In this document: positions 28,232 through 43,435 of the stretch, piece by piece | How positions within the stretch are numbered: the first letter of the stretch is position 1 | Layout: every line of letters starts with the position of its first letter | Translations under genes and position numbers: made by a program | Assembly: GCF_001194135.2 (NCBI RefSeq) | Contig: NC_068993.1 | Coordinates: 64,740,701 to 64,804,698 of the forward strand | Source of the DNA: Octopus bimaculoides | Lineage: Eukaryota | Length of the DNA: 63,998 nucleotides | Direction of reading: 5' to 3' | The notes under the pieces: generated by a model | Databases searched by the model: none | Seen by the model: the letters and a program-made list of their open reading frames with translations, nothing else | What the model was told of the DNA's origin: nothing

Positions 28232-28680
28232 GCACACACATACACGCATATATGTATATATATAAACCTACATAAGTATATATCTTTATATACTCACGCA
28301 TACATCTATACAAGTCCCATATGCTGCCTTTCCTTTCTTTCATCTCTCTCTATTCTCTTTCTCACAGGCACATGCACACACATACATGACTTGACTGAGC
28401 AAGTTTCTATGTTCTGGCCTATGGCTATAGATTGCCTCAGAAGCTTTTGCTACTANNNNNNNNNNTGCTACTATTTAGATACATTGCTAAATGGAAAAAG
28501 TCTAAAGTATAAAGAATTTTTTTTTTTTTTTTCATAGTTAGTTGCCGATATATAACAATGTATCTTAGAAATAATTGCCATCTACAAAGAATCACAACTT
28601 CGATTTCGTGTGATAATTTCATTGGTATAGAATTTAAACCATATTTTACTTTACATGCCACCACTGCACTACCATTCTAT

Positions 28681-28721
<41 letters not shown>

Positions 28722-29867
28722 GCTTATATATATACTTGTACGTACAAATTATCTTTATAAATGCTGTTTATCGCTATGTGCGAATGTGAGTGCGCATGTT
28801 CAATATAGTGTATGTGTTATATAATCATATACCTTTGCCTGTGCGTGTGAAGGGTTTCTTGTGTATAATTATGTGCTTTTAACGGCGCACGAGTGTGCGT
28901 TTAACTTTGAGCATGTAATTATGTGTTTATGTGTCTGTCTGTGTGGATATATCTCTAATTATGGAAGATTGCTTGAGTTTTTGTGCGATTGGGTAAATGC
29001 ATGTTAGTGTGGGTCTTTGTGTTTATATATATATGCATGTTTATGTGTACGTGTTTGACAATGTGCCGGAGAGTTTGTATGTATAATTATGCGTTTGATC
29101 TGTACGTGAGGGTGCGTATGTATTTGCATTTGCGTATAAGCTTGCATATAATTTATGCGTTCAACTGAATATATGATTGCTTCTTGCGCATGTGTGTCCG
29201 TGAGAAAGAGAGGGAGAACCAGTTATGGTGTTTCATACAATATAGTTATAACAACTGACTTATAGGTATTTTTTGATTCATTCGAAACATTTTCAACTTG
29301 TTTATCTTTGAAAATAGCTAACTACAAAAAAAAAAAGAAAGAAAGAAAAAGAGATCGGAATTTTAAAAAAATGCATAATAGCGTTTAGGTCGATATTTCT
29401 CGTGTTTACAGTAAAGATCGATAAGAAAGTCAGTATGTCGTCTCAAAAATAGATATGTTCCATTTTGAAACCAATTCGCTATTTTATAGATAAGATGAGA
29501 CTCGATTGAAAGTAATCGATCGCAAATCGGGACAAGATGGTCAAAGGGGATGTTATTATTATTATTGTTATTATTGTTGTGGTCGAATGGGTGAGTCTTG
29601 TTGTAGTTGCTGATTGTTTTTGCTTTATTATAACATTCATTAAAATTATTAAATTATAAATACAAGTCATAACCTTGCATGGCTTTAGCAAAAACATCAC
29701 CGGCCGCAAAAAATGACAGGCTTTGAAAAAGTTAGATTTTCATAAATGCATATACATACGGACACACAGGCAGGCACACACGGATTATATATGTATATAT
29801 CTGTATGTATAATATAACATAATGCTATGCATGTATATGTACAAATAGATAGCCATATAAAGAGATA

Positions 29868-29924
<57 letters not shown>

Positions 29925-30160
29925 GAGAGAGTTATCGAAAGAAGGAGAGAGATATGAGACAAGACAAAGTAGAGTCGGGAATGATTAAATGAAGCGACTG
30001 AGATATAACATTGATGCTTACAAACAGAAAGAGACGGTGATTAGAGAGGCAACGGGATGGTGGAGATGTTATCATTAATTCTTTCTACTTCTCCGAATGT
30101 CAAATTAGAAATTTTCTTCGGAAACCTATCGCCTTTTCTCATTTTTCCTTTTCCATTTTG

Positions 30161-30215
<55 letters not shown>

Positions 30216-30320
30216 CACGTTTTCTCTCTTCACACACACATACATATTTAAGAATGTATGCGTGTGTGCTTATACATAAATATATGTAAGTATATATGTA
30301 TGATTGTATGCATGGGTAAG

Positions 30321-30353
<33 letters not shown>

Positions 30354-33300
30354 ATGTATGTATGTATGTATGTATGTATATATTTCTGAATGTGTCTGTA
30401 TGTATATATATATGTCGTTGCACTATTTCTGCACCGTCCCTCTGTACACCTTATACGATAGACTACATTCATAGTTTAAGCTCATAGAGTTTAAGACCAT
30501 GTCCTCTCTACCACTTTGCAGTATGCTGTTTTCATCAATAAGAGGTCCAATTGATGAGACTGCAACCTTACGCTTTTTTAACGAATGAGAACTCTTTCGG
30601 GTTGGCTTTTATTTTATCAATGGCCCATTTCTCTTCTGCTTCTCTTTGATTGTCAGTAACATTTTTCAACCAGTTTTGGAGATGGTGTTTCCTTGATTCT
30701 AACGGGTCTATATCCGCCATGTGTGAGTGTTGCAGCTGGCAATATTTTAGCCGGTTGATTTTTGATTCGTTCTCTTTATCTTTCGTATGAGTGATTTTCT
30801 GGGACGTGTTAGTCCGTAGTTTGTCTTGTTCATGGACCGTAGCGTGGTGTTGTGTAGACATATGTTTGTGACAATGTCCATAAATAGCTGCCATGATGAA
30901 TCAATGCTTCTTGGAGAGAAGGAGTCTGCGAAAGACCAGTCAATGAGTGAGAGCTCGTGGCTGATTGCCGACCAGTTAGCATTGTGAAGGTCCACGAGAT
31001 CGAAGGGGTGTGAGGGATTGAGATCACTCGGATACGCAATTGGCTGCCAGAATCTTAGGCGACAGAGAACCATATCGTGGTCGGAAAGAAGAGGTTTTTT
31101 TTCCACTGTAATATCGTGGATATTGTTTGTGTGGTTGCTTAGCACTAAGTCCAGACTGTTCTTCTTGAACCTCGTTGGCACGAGCACGAGTTGGGACAGG
31201 AAAAACTCTTCCATAAATTGAAATGGCGATTCCACTGCGGCTTTGTCTGAAATGGAAATGCACGCACCAGTTTTCAGGGTATGAATAAACCAGTTAACAC
31301 AGGGGAAACTGAAGTCACCCACCATAAGAATATTATCAGGATGACATTGTTGAAAGAAAGGCTTGATATTCGTGAGGCAGACCTTGAAGCACAATAGTGG
31401 GGAATGAGGTGGCCTGTAGAGCCCAGTTATTACTAAATCATTCCTTTTTGTTGCAGACAGATACTGATTCACAATAGCCATTGGAAAATGTGACATTTGT
31501 TTCTGCAGTAAATGAGTCATGTGGGTAAATGACAACTCCTCCCTCTTCTACTGATGCGGTCTGTCGGATTTTGGTGAAATTCCTTACTTTTACTTCAGCT
31601 TCCGAATGGGAGTTGTCAAGGTGGATTTCAGTAAGGATGAAGAGGGGAATGTGATGAGTGTGGTCGGTAACCCAGTCCTCAATGAATTGGATCTTCCATC
31701 ATTTTGCATGGAAGGGTGTGCAGATGCCTTGTACATTGAGTAAGAATGTTGAGACTGGAGTAGTGGCCTGGTTAGACTTTTTTAGAGGCCTCGGTAGATA
31801 TTTATGGGTTAATGATAGTGAGGAGGAGGATAGATTTTGTACTGAGGTAGCGGCAGAGGTTGGTTCCGTGTGATAGCCAAGATACTCTTCTGGATCTGTT
31901 TGGCTAGGTTTTGCATGGATAAAAAAGATGAATTAACCTGGTCAAGGAGAACTTCGTGGCTGGAATTGTGTTTACATTCACAGTTAGGTTGGTTGCTTCT
32001 ACTGCTTCGAATGGATGCTCTCCAGAAGGAGGACTTTCCAAGGAGATAGTTTATCTCCGTTGATTTTTGTTCTCTGCATCATCCTTCTGAACTCGGGACT
32101 TAGGAAAATTAACCTGGGATATCAGCTAAAGGGAAAATATCGAACACTCAACCACCACTTCTTCATGGACGATTCGAAGTTGTATGGCAAGAACGGAGCA
32201 TAAGTGAGTTCTTTGATGAACACGGTTCACTGTTCAGGAAGTGTGATATCATGCGCCTGAAAACAGGCAAAGTACAGTCCCTACTAGGGATAGAATTACC
32301 TAATAGAGAACTGATTAAACGAATTGAAAAGAACGGCTACAAATACCTTGGCATACTAGAGTTCAACGAAATCATGGAGAAGGAAATTAAAGAACAACTG
32401 AGCATGGAATATCTCCGAACACTAAGATTTGTGTTGCGCCCGAAATTGACCGGATGGAATAAAATCCAAGCGTTTAATATATCAGTGATAGCCTCACTTC
32501 GGTATGGAGCTGGAACCATAAACTGGCTAAAGAAAGAACTGATGAATACGAAGACAAGAAAAATATGCACGGAGCCTTCCACCATAAGAGCGACACCGAT
32601 AGGCTGTACTTTTCCAGAAGAAACGGTGGGAGAGGTTTGATCAGTTGCCAGGATTGTATCGAAACAGAGGAAAACAGCTTAGTGTAATATGTAAAAAATA
32701 CAGTGGAACCATTGTTGAAAGATGTAAAGAAGTCCGGCGACATTAAAACTGAGAATTGTGTAAAGAAAGAAAAAGAGGAAAAGAACACAAAAAAAGAAGC
32801 AGCATGTTAAGAAAAAAAATGTATGGTCAGTTTGCAAGAGATACGAACGCCAAGAAATTGTATCGGTGTCTAATATAGATTTCAAATTCTGACACAAGGC
32901 CAGCAATTTCGACGGAGATGTTAAGTCAATCCGTCGCCTTATTTCGGTGTATTGTCTTGATTGTGAAACATCGAGAATAACAGATACTTGCTTTAAAAAA
33001 AAACGGGATCGTTCTCGTTAGTGTTTCTGTCGTGACATATAAATTATATTTTAGCTCTCCATATATGGTAATGGGGGAACCTCTGTGTAGTCTCTTCATC
33101 TCACAAAAATAGTACCTAATTCCCCATCAAATTATACGTTATGGTCTTAAAGCAGGGCAGATCGATTAAGCAGTTTATCCAAAATCCCCTGTCTAGAAAA
33201 TAGACAGAATGATGATGGATATAACATGTCTTTTCAATAAGATTTGCTCACCTTGGACAAACTTGGATGTAAATAACAACTGCTTTTGATTCGATACAAT

Positions 33301-36300
33301 AAACCTGCAGTCCACTTCAAATATCTGACCTGAAAAGAAATAATTATTTTTGCTTTATAAGTTTGTTTGGTATGTTTGTTTCTAAATTATTATCTCGGTA
33401 ATTGCAATTCCATTTAATTGACAAAGAAAACCAAATAATCTAAACATTTCTTTGTTTTTTTTTTTTGTTTTTTTTTTTCATCTTTCAGCCTCTGCAGCAT
33501 GTCGGGACAAAACACTATTAGTTGCTAACCGCCATGGCTGGAAAGAGTTCAATTCACCGTTTTATCCCACAGTATATGAAGGGTATGTATATTACATATA
33601 TATCAATTTATATGATTACATATATTCAACATTTCAGAGAAAGATGTCCAAAGTAAAGTTTCATCTTTTTTAAAGTTCATAGGGTTGCTTGATTGGAGCC
33701 TGACATATGCTTAAAACTTACCACTACCAATAACAGCACAACACAAACAACAACCACATGACCAAAACCACAACCAATAATAATATCTAATAACAACGGT
33801 ATTACTACAGCACAACCTCATCCAGATGCTAATGTCACTAACAACAATAACAACACAAGTAACATCACCACAGTTATCAACAACTGCGACAATACGACTA
33901 CCACTGACAATAATAACGGTTTCAAATTTTTCTACAAGGGCAGCAATTTTGAGGAGTGAGTGAGTCGATTACATTGAGCCCAGTACTCAACTGGTACTTA
34001 TTTTTATCGACCCTGAAAGGATGAAAGGCGGAATTTGAACTCAGAACGGAGCAACAAGCGAAATACCTCCAAGCATTTTGTGCAGCGTTCTCTCGGTTCT
34101 GCCAGCTTGCTGCTTTCCTTGTGACCGCAATCACAACGCTATCTGGACTATTTCTTTATTGCCCACTGGACTACCACAACCAGTAGCAACTATAATATTT
34201 ATTTCTTTATTGCCCACAGGGGGCTAAACATATAGAAGGGCCAAACAAGCACAGACAACGGGATTAAGTCGATTACATCGACCCCAGTGCGTAACTGGTA
34301 CTTATTTAATCGACCCCGAAAGGATGAAAGACAAAGTCGACCTCTAACGATTCCGCCAGCTCGCTGCCTTTCTTGCAACCACTGGCAATAACAACACTAT
34401 CTGCATAACCACACCCAGCAGCTATGAACCCTATCACCACCATCGCCGCTTCCACCCTACACCCACCCACACACCATCTATAGCCACGTGCTGATTAGTC
34501 TCGGTCGTCTATATTCAAGTACCGCTACATGTAATGAGATGATGGAAGTAACTCTGTCTCATACGCAGATTGTCTATTCCAGATATGGCCTGCCACTACA
34601 TGCATTCAATTTGAAATAGATTATCAGATGGGCCTTAACTGACCAGTTTAAAAATTGTTCAGTTTTAAAACTGCTCAACGGGGAATTGTTTCCCAACATG
34701 GTGGCATCTTGTCTTCTTTTCTACCGCATTATGTACAGTGAGAGAAATGTTTGTTATTTCTTGCAGAGTGACATGAAATATGCCTTATTTGTTGAGTAAT
34801 ACTCAATGCTGCTGTATATTTAGAAATGTATGTATGTACCTATCTATGTAAGTATGCACGTATATATGGATCTTTGGGTATGTATGGATGTATCTGTGTG
34901 TATGCATATGTGTTGTTTTCACCAAGGTTGAGTGGGGACGTGGTAGTCATGTTGGGATTAAAGGCGTTGGAGGAGTGTTTCTCTGTAAAGGGAATTTTTA
35001 CGCAGACTCTCAGCAAAGTAGAATGCGCAACCAAATCCATTTGAAACTAACACAAAACCTTTCTACAATGGTATTGTTGAAAGAAAGGTTTGATTTAAAA
35101 AAAACTATAGATATTGTGATTAGCAGTCTGTGCGGTCGAAATACTGTAGTACTTACAATCTAAATACGAGATCACTCTTCAGTGCCACACACTTTACGTG
35201 ACTCTAGTCAAGAGACATTAGCTTGATTACTTTAGGTTGCACGGCGAACACAAGGAAATATTTCATGTTTTTTTTTACAGTTTGACTTGATTGGATTATT
35301 AAGAGCATCAAAAGTAAAAATATTGCTGTAACGCAAGTCAAGCCACCGATACTTGCATATAACAACTAATGTAAAACAGCAGTAATAAAGAAGAAAGAGG
35401 TGAATAGGAGAGATGACTGGGTTGATTTATGATTGAAGCAGAAATTTGTAACTTTCTAGTGTCATGATTTTTGGCCACCATGAAAATAACTATTGGTGCT
35501 GACAAGAAAGAACGAAAAACAATTAGCTAATGTCCTTACCAATATAGCTGAGAAGAAATCAAAATGTAAGTTTTAGTCTAGAAGGAATAAGAATCCATTG
35601 ACCATGAATTTCATAGCTTCTGTTGTTTGATACTTCATCTGATTACATATGTTCCCACTGATTATAATTGATTAGTTTCAAAGGCCGTGTTTCACAGGCA
35701 AAATTTACAGTCAGTTGAGCCAATGCAAAGGAATTAGAGGAGCTTATTGTATTGACTCCGGGGAAATGAGTAGCAGAGATGCACATCGGCTGGAATTTAA
35801 ACTCAAAATGAAACAAAATGTCATGATACTTTAAATTTATCCCATGTAATTGAATTTAATATATGTAATATGCTGAGTTGAAAAACATGGATTAAATAAG
35901 ATTATCCATAGACTCAGTAGATAAATTTCCTCTTTATAATTCGCTTCATCTGGAATGACAGTAATTAGCTATTGTTTTAGAGTCTAATTAATTTCACTCC
36001 AAGAATCAATGAAAGACAAATTCTTTTTCCGGCTGGATTTTATATTCAGAATGTTTGTAGACAACACTCAAATAGTGTAACATATTTAGTTTGGAACACT
36101 GCATTTACTGCTAATTGATCATAATTAAAGATTCCTCTTTTTGTAAGAAGATCGAATATTTAAATGAAGAATGTTTGATAAAAAAAAAAAAATTTTAAGG
36201 CCGAAATTGCGATATGATTGGTAAATATATTCGTATGATGCTACATTGGTACATTAGGCGTCGTTCAAGGACGAGTTAATGGTTTATATAGCTGTGTCAG

Positions 36301-36789
36301 GTATTAAAGCCAGACATTAGCGGGACGAAGTTAAATGCATTTTGTCAATTTATGCGATTATATTGTCTTCAATTTTCATAGACAAATATCCCGGCTAAAG
36401 ATAAATTGCCAAAATAATTATTTAATTACGACTGAAATTAAGAAAAACATCTAAATAGGTTAAAGTATATTCGACGGTGTATTAATGCCCAGACGTTTTG
36501 ACAGGTTATCAGTACAGTTTATGTGAATGTGTGTGAATATGTGTGTGTGTGTGTGTGTGTATTTTTGTATGTGTGTGTATATATATGCATATATAAATGT
36601 ATCCACACACATATATACGCATATATGTGCGCGCGAATATGTTTAATTGCGTATGTGATTTTTGTCGATGTTAAATGAAATTATAAAACAAAACAAATTA
36701 TAAAAATAAAACAAAATTGTATCGAAGCTTGGAATAGGTTTCCTACGTAGGATATTTTACTTGCGATTTTTCGAATACATTCTATATAA

Positions 36790-36844
<55 letters not shown>

Positions 36845-38018
36845 CAATATCAACAGTTATGAATGAATTGTATCAACAAACATGTGCTTCGCCCAGCCTC
36901 TGCTGATTAGTTAGAACGTATGAAGGAAGTTAAGCAGCTAACACGGTCCGTGAGTGGAGCGCCTCAGAGAACTGTCTTTGGGCTGCGGCTGTTTATGGTA
37001 GCTCTCTCGGATATATCATCAGTTACACAGACAACCACACTTATTCGTTATGCCGACGATGCAAAACTTGCAGTATTACAAGTAGTCGACTATCCTTTCG
37101 ATGCTACTCTCCTGCAGTAGACCTAGACGCCATATATAAATGGGCTGAAGAAAAAACCATCCAGTTTAACGCAGGAAAGTTCCAAGCCCTCCGCTATCAG
37201 CCTTGCTTGCGTTAACATGCCGCAGCAAGTTTAATTTGAACCAGAAGTAATGGCAATCCCAGAGTCATGTACAGTGTGTGATGATTGAGCAACGACGCCT
37301 CGTTTCACGTACATGTCAAAAAGCTAGAAACAATGTGGAGGCATATGGCCGGATGGATTCTGAGGAAGTTCAAAGAAGGAACCGGAAGACCATGCTGGTT
37401 CAATGGAGAATATTTGTTCTCAGCCGTCTGGTCTACTGCTCTCGACTGTGGTCACCCAACAGAGTCAAATTAACAGCAGAACTTAGCTGTTCACCTGGAA
37501 GACTGCATCAATGAAACAGCTGAGCAACCAGAAACGGCTGAAAAACATACGACTCAACTCCCTGAAGTGAAGACAGGAGAGATATGTGGTGAGCCGAGAG
37601 AGGTTGGCACTAAACCCCTCGAGAGTTATACCAGCCCTAGAAATGGACGCTACTGCGCTGTTCAAAAGGTTCTGTCCATCCTTTGAGGGGGGGGGCACTA
37701 TGGTCTAGAGTAAGAGCCCGCTAATCCTGGCCCGCAGCACAGGCTTTTATTTTTTGTTTACAAAACCAACTTACTGTTACGTATTTCTTCCACCAGTTGT
37801 AGAGAGATTATTCGCCTTCAGTCATTTGTTTCTGACGAATCACCTATACTGCTAAGCGCTTTATAGGTATGAAACGAACGGTGACTCTATGACCAGCCAT
37901 AACTCTTAACTTCCTAAAATACACACACGCAGCCTCAGAATAGAATTTGTTTCAATTGTTTTTCGTTCTGCTTTTTGTAACCTTCTATTTATGTTTTTTA
38001 GCCCATAGACAGACAGAC

Positions 38019-38067
<49 letters not shown>

Positions 38068-40322
38068 TGAAAATTTCAGAATATTCCAAACACGAAAAAT
38101 TGTTTTGGAAATTTAGTCGTGACTAAAAGCAAAGATTCACCATCATAAAATAGCAATGAAACGGATACACTGAGCAGACGGCTTGAGTCAGCACTAATAT
38201 TGATATCATCATGTAAATTATATTTTTGGTACACTGGTCTTGTCAGAACATCACAAAAACCAAGTTTTATTCTGGATGTTATTTACCAATACTTTTCACA
38301 GAAATCGATCTTTTAACTTTTCCTATTTTTTTTTATTTATGCATTATAAACTTATGTCTATCAAATAGAATGTTGTTGCAATACCAAATATTCAGATCGC
38401 CACCGTCTCATATATGTAACAGAGAGAGAGTTCAAAACTTCTATGAAAATAGAATATCCTTGAAATAAATAGACAAAGACTTCCTCCAGGTGTTTTTTTT
38501 TTGGGGGGGGGGAATATGAACACATTACACAATATGCTCCCATAATATCATCCATTTGGACATGCTACACAAAGCCAATTGCAGTAGATCAGGACATTGA
38601 AACCAAATATGGAAAAGCAACAGCCATGTTTTGTTCTTAATAGCCCTCAAAATGCTTAGTGGTATTTCGTCTGCTGCTATATTCTGAGTTCAAATTCCAT
38701 CGAGGTCGACTTTGCCTTTCATCCTTTCGTGGTCGATAATTTAAGCACCAGTCAAGTACTGGGGTCGATTATTCTCCTCCTCACAAAAATCTAAACCTTG
38801 TGCCTATAGTAGAAAGGACGGCGAGCTGGCAGAATCGTTAGCACGCTGGACGAAATGCTTAGCAGTATTTCGTCTGCTGCTACGTTCTGTGTTCAAATTC
38901 CGCCCAGGTCAACTTTATCTTTCATCCTTTCGGGGTCCGATAAAGTAAGTACCAGTTGAACCCTGAGGTCGATGTAATCAACTCATCTCCTACCATAATA
39001 TTGCTGCCCTTGTGGCAAAATTTGAAATCATTATTATTATTATTATCATTATTATTATTATTATTACAGAGCAGGTAGAATCGTGAGAGCGCAGGGGGAA
39101 AATGCTTAGCGACATTTCGCCCGTCTGTACGATCTGAGTTCTGAGAAATGATTATTTCTATTATTTTACAAAAAGGAGAACATATAGCAACATATCTTGA
39201 GATATTTTATTCTGATTTAAGGCAGTAAGCTCGCAGAATTGTAAGCACCCAGGCAACCTTAATCCTAAATTTTTTAGCGGCATTTTGTCCTTTTTTTTAA
39301 GTTCTGAGTTCAAATTCCGCCGTTGTCGACTTTGCCTTTCATCCTTTGATAAAATAAGTACCAGCCATGTACTGGGTCGATGTAATCGACTAGACGCTCC
39401 CTCAAAATTCCAGGCCTTGCGCTTATTGTCGAAAGGATATTAATTATTACCTATATATATCATTTTGTATTCAAAGCCAATGTTAAATTTGTTCATCATC
39501 TTTCTGTGTTCAATAAAATATAGCAGCATTCAAGTTCTTAAGTCTATCGAATCCAGTATTTTTTTCTTTTGTAAGTTTCTTCAAAATTCAATAATACATT
39601 GTTATTGAATTAATCCACAGGGCATCAGATAAACTGCTTTCAGGTTATAACATAACCTGAACCTTGAGTTCAAATTCACCGAAGCTTTCATTGTTTTAAA
39701 TCTTCAAAGCTCGGTAGAATCAGTGCCAGCTAGCAAAAGGAATTGACAATAATTGCCCAAATAAATGTAACTCTATATCTGCTATTGGCAGTATATTTTC
39801 ATCAGTGGCGGACAATATGCTCCCCGGTACTTGAGTTCAAGTTTTGTTTAAAGTCTAATTTAAATTTCATTTCAATGAATTCGATAAAATAATTAAGAGT
39901 TAAATATTTTCACCTGTTGGAAATTAGTTATCAAAAAGTGGGGTTCAATGGTTCACCAGTTGCCTTCAGTAGCAAGACCTATTTTGAACTGCTTTTGTTT
40001 ATATTTTCCACAAATGTCCATGTTACGAAACAAGCTAAAATATCGATATATTGTTTGCGATGGAGGTGGAAATTGAAATGTTTACATTTATTTCATGGTA
40101 TGGATATCAATTATTTTATTGTTGTAGCTATAGCTTTTGATGTTATACACTGAACTTTCAGTTTACCTATCTAATGTCGTCAGAACCAATTTTGTTATAA
40201 AATGTGCATGCGCATATGTTTGTATGCGTGTGAGTATATGTGTGTGCGCATATGTTTGTATGCGTGTGTGTATATGTGTGTGCGCGTAGGTGTTTGGATG
40301 TAGGTGTACGTGTCTATAAATA

Positions 40323-40378
<56 letters not shown>

Positions 40379-42384
40379 CCAGTAGTCGTTTGCACTGCTT
40401 CTGCGCTTGTTTGGGGGGGGGCCTTGTGCCATGCTTGTTCTTAACGTTTGTAAGCTTGCCTGGATCGTGGGGCGCTGTCTCATTGACAGCAGGGAACTTG
40501 TCCCAATTTGCTTCAAACCAATCTAGTGTCCGGTGCCGTTTCTTACGAAAAATCTTCAGTGCAGTAATGTAAATGGAGACCATGAGAGACTCTCATCTTA
40601 CCTGTGCCTCTACATCTGAGAGTCTACAGAGAGAGCATCCTACATTAACCATAAGGACTCTTCTGCTTTATCTGGTTGTTGGCTTTGTATAGCGCATCAT
40701 CTTTATCAGTATTCTGATCTGGCAACAAAAAAAAGAGTCTTAAAAGGATCCAGTCATGGGCATATTCCTTGTATGGCACTATCTTTTAATTACCATATTC
40801 TGTTGGTACAGGTATTTTTGAGAAGGGGCGCCTCCAGAACACTTCGTACAGCGTTATTACTTTGGAAATAAAAGTTGCTGATTCATTTACTTCCGGACAT
40901 TCTAGGGAGTGCAAAAAACTCATGTAATTGTAGTCCAGTGTCATTTCTGCTGGCAATCCTATGCCACCCAACACAGTTTGGTTGATATCCTCTCTGGCGT
41001 TTGAAGTTACCAAGCAGCAATCGTTGTTCTTGGTTTGGGGTTTTCTGAATCGTCCTTGAGTGTTGGTCATAGAATTCGTTCCGTTGTATTTTGTGTAGAG
41101 CAAAGGAATGGAGTAGAGTGTAGGGCAAGGGATAGGCGTTGGTGAAGCTAGCAGGCCCATCGGATGAATGTAGTTGATGTGTCAAAATCCTCTGTACCCT
41201 GTGAGGCAGGTGAACTGTAATGAGACAGCACTTGATTGACTCGGCATTTGCCAACACCAAGCAGCAGCGGAGATTGTCCAATGAGACATGATGGTCTTTC
41301 CTTCTGTCGAAAGCGATCTCTTACACTTAGCCCTACATCAATTTCGGGTGCTGGCTTATAATCAGTAAACCGCCGTTTCTATGTTGAACCATTGTAATGA
41401 AGCGATGCTGAAGTGTCTTATCCAAGGCACAGACCTGAGTATGGTTAACACGAGAGACCAATAGTTGCTGATGTAGACGGTCACTCCCTCTCCACGCCAA
41501 ATTGCTGTTCAGTGTCGCAGAAGTTACCAGAACAATGTTGAAAACGAAGTCGGGGTGCCTCGTGGACTTCAGTTCCCAGTTTTTTCAACTGCGTTACCCC
41601 GGAAGGCTTCAAAACGGATGCACATTAATGTTAGGCAGCAGAGGTTTCGGGTCAAAGTTTGACTTCTTTTAGATGGAATACTTTCCCAAGGTGACAGGTT
41701 CCATCTACGTAAAGCACCTGTCTTCGTCACTCCTGTCAGTAAAGCAATTTTGTTGGATTTAGTGTGGTTAAGTGGCATCAGAAAGTCCGAAATTCTACAT
41801 GATTGTTTGAGGTTGTTTTAGATTTTTAACACAAGACACTTTTCTTAAAGTTAGAAGCTTACCCCTTGTACCACTCGTCAAACCATTTCTATGATATGAG
41901 TGTGTGTGTGTGTGTGTGTGTGTGTGCATAAGTGCGTGTGTGTGCGTGCGTGCGTGTACTGTATAGTTATATAACAATGCAAGGGTATTTTTGTTGAAGA
42001 TACAAAATACTTAAGTACATTACATATTATTAATGGGAGATGTCGACAAACAGAAGGTATCGTAAGCTATAATATAATCGCTATCTGTATTGGGCATGTA
42101 TACAGTGCGAGTATATATGCGTATAATTATATGTATGTATGAATGTATGCACATATATATATATATTCGTATGTATATGTATGTGTGTGTATGTGCATTT
42201 ACAAATACACACACACACACATAAATATATATACTTGTGCTTGTGTATGCTCGTATTTGAATGTGTAAAGGCGTGGAGTGTATCTATCTCTCGAGAGCAT
42301 AAACATACTCCCGTAAAATGTAATTTGGTTTCTTTTTGCTTATTTTCATTCATGACTGATGTGCTGGATTTTGTGTGTATTATG

Positions 42385-42439
<55 letters not shown>

Positions 42440-43381
42440 AAGAGAGAGAGAGAGAGATGCATACATCTATATGTATATATATAAATATATATCTTTGTCT
42501 TTATTTACATACGTACATACATATATGTGGATATATGTATATGTGTTTAAGTGTGCGTCTTTTTGATGAAGAATAGGTATGTGTGTGGGGGGAGAGAGAG
42601 GGGTAGAGGCTGATATAAATGTTGGCCCTCTCTTTCCCGAGCAATCAAATCATAAACATCAAACGGTATCATTTTTATGTAAACCCTGCAATATGACACC
42701 GATCTATGTCGACAAAAGAATAAACTCTTCCAGCTAAAATCATTTCTATTCTTTTAGGATTCCTTAAGCGACATAACGAACCAGTACAAAAAAACGCCAT
42801 GCTTGCCGTTGCAATTTCGATATACTCATCAAAGAGTTACTGTTACAAATATGCATTTGTATTGATACGAATCTCACTTCAGCAATTCGTTTCTCTTTTC
42901 TTTACATTTAATATCTTTTATTCTCTCTTTCTCTCTCGTTCTCAATCTCTGTCTCACTCTCTCACGCTCACTCTATTGCATGCTCTCGTGATAAATGTAC
43001 ATACACACACACGCGCGCGCGCACATGCACGCGCGCACACACACACACATACTACACACACACATACTACACACACACATACTACACACACACATACTAC
43101 ACACACACATACTACACACACACATACTACACACACATATACTACACACACACATACTACACACACACATACTACACACACACATATATATGTCTGTCTG
43201 TGCATATTTGAGTGTATGTAAAGATATATAAATTGTATTCACATCTACAAATAATTGTGCACAAATGTAGAGATATAGAGAGGTACATACATATATTATG
43301 TGTATCTCTATATATCATATATGCCCACACAGAGACAGAGCCATAAAGACACGTACACACATGCATATCATTTATACACAA

Positions 43382-43435
<54 letters not shown>

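Noticed and set aside
34519-34620. [25 protein letters not shown] as an alternative CUB first exon
   Set aside because: Wrong acceptor phase, no suitable donor before a stop, and no SPxYP motif.
2218-39030. tRNA-like A/B boxes, and short tandem repeats that might suggest tRNA genes or CRISPR arrays
   Set aside because: The boxes belong to SINE heads with no full cloverleaf or acceptor stem; the repeats have no unique spacers and the DNA is eukaryotic.
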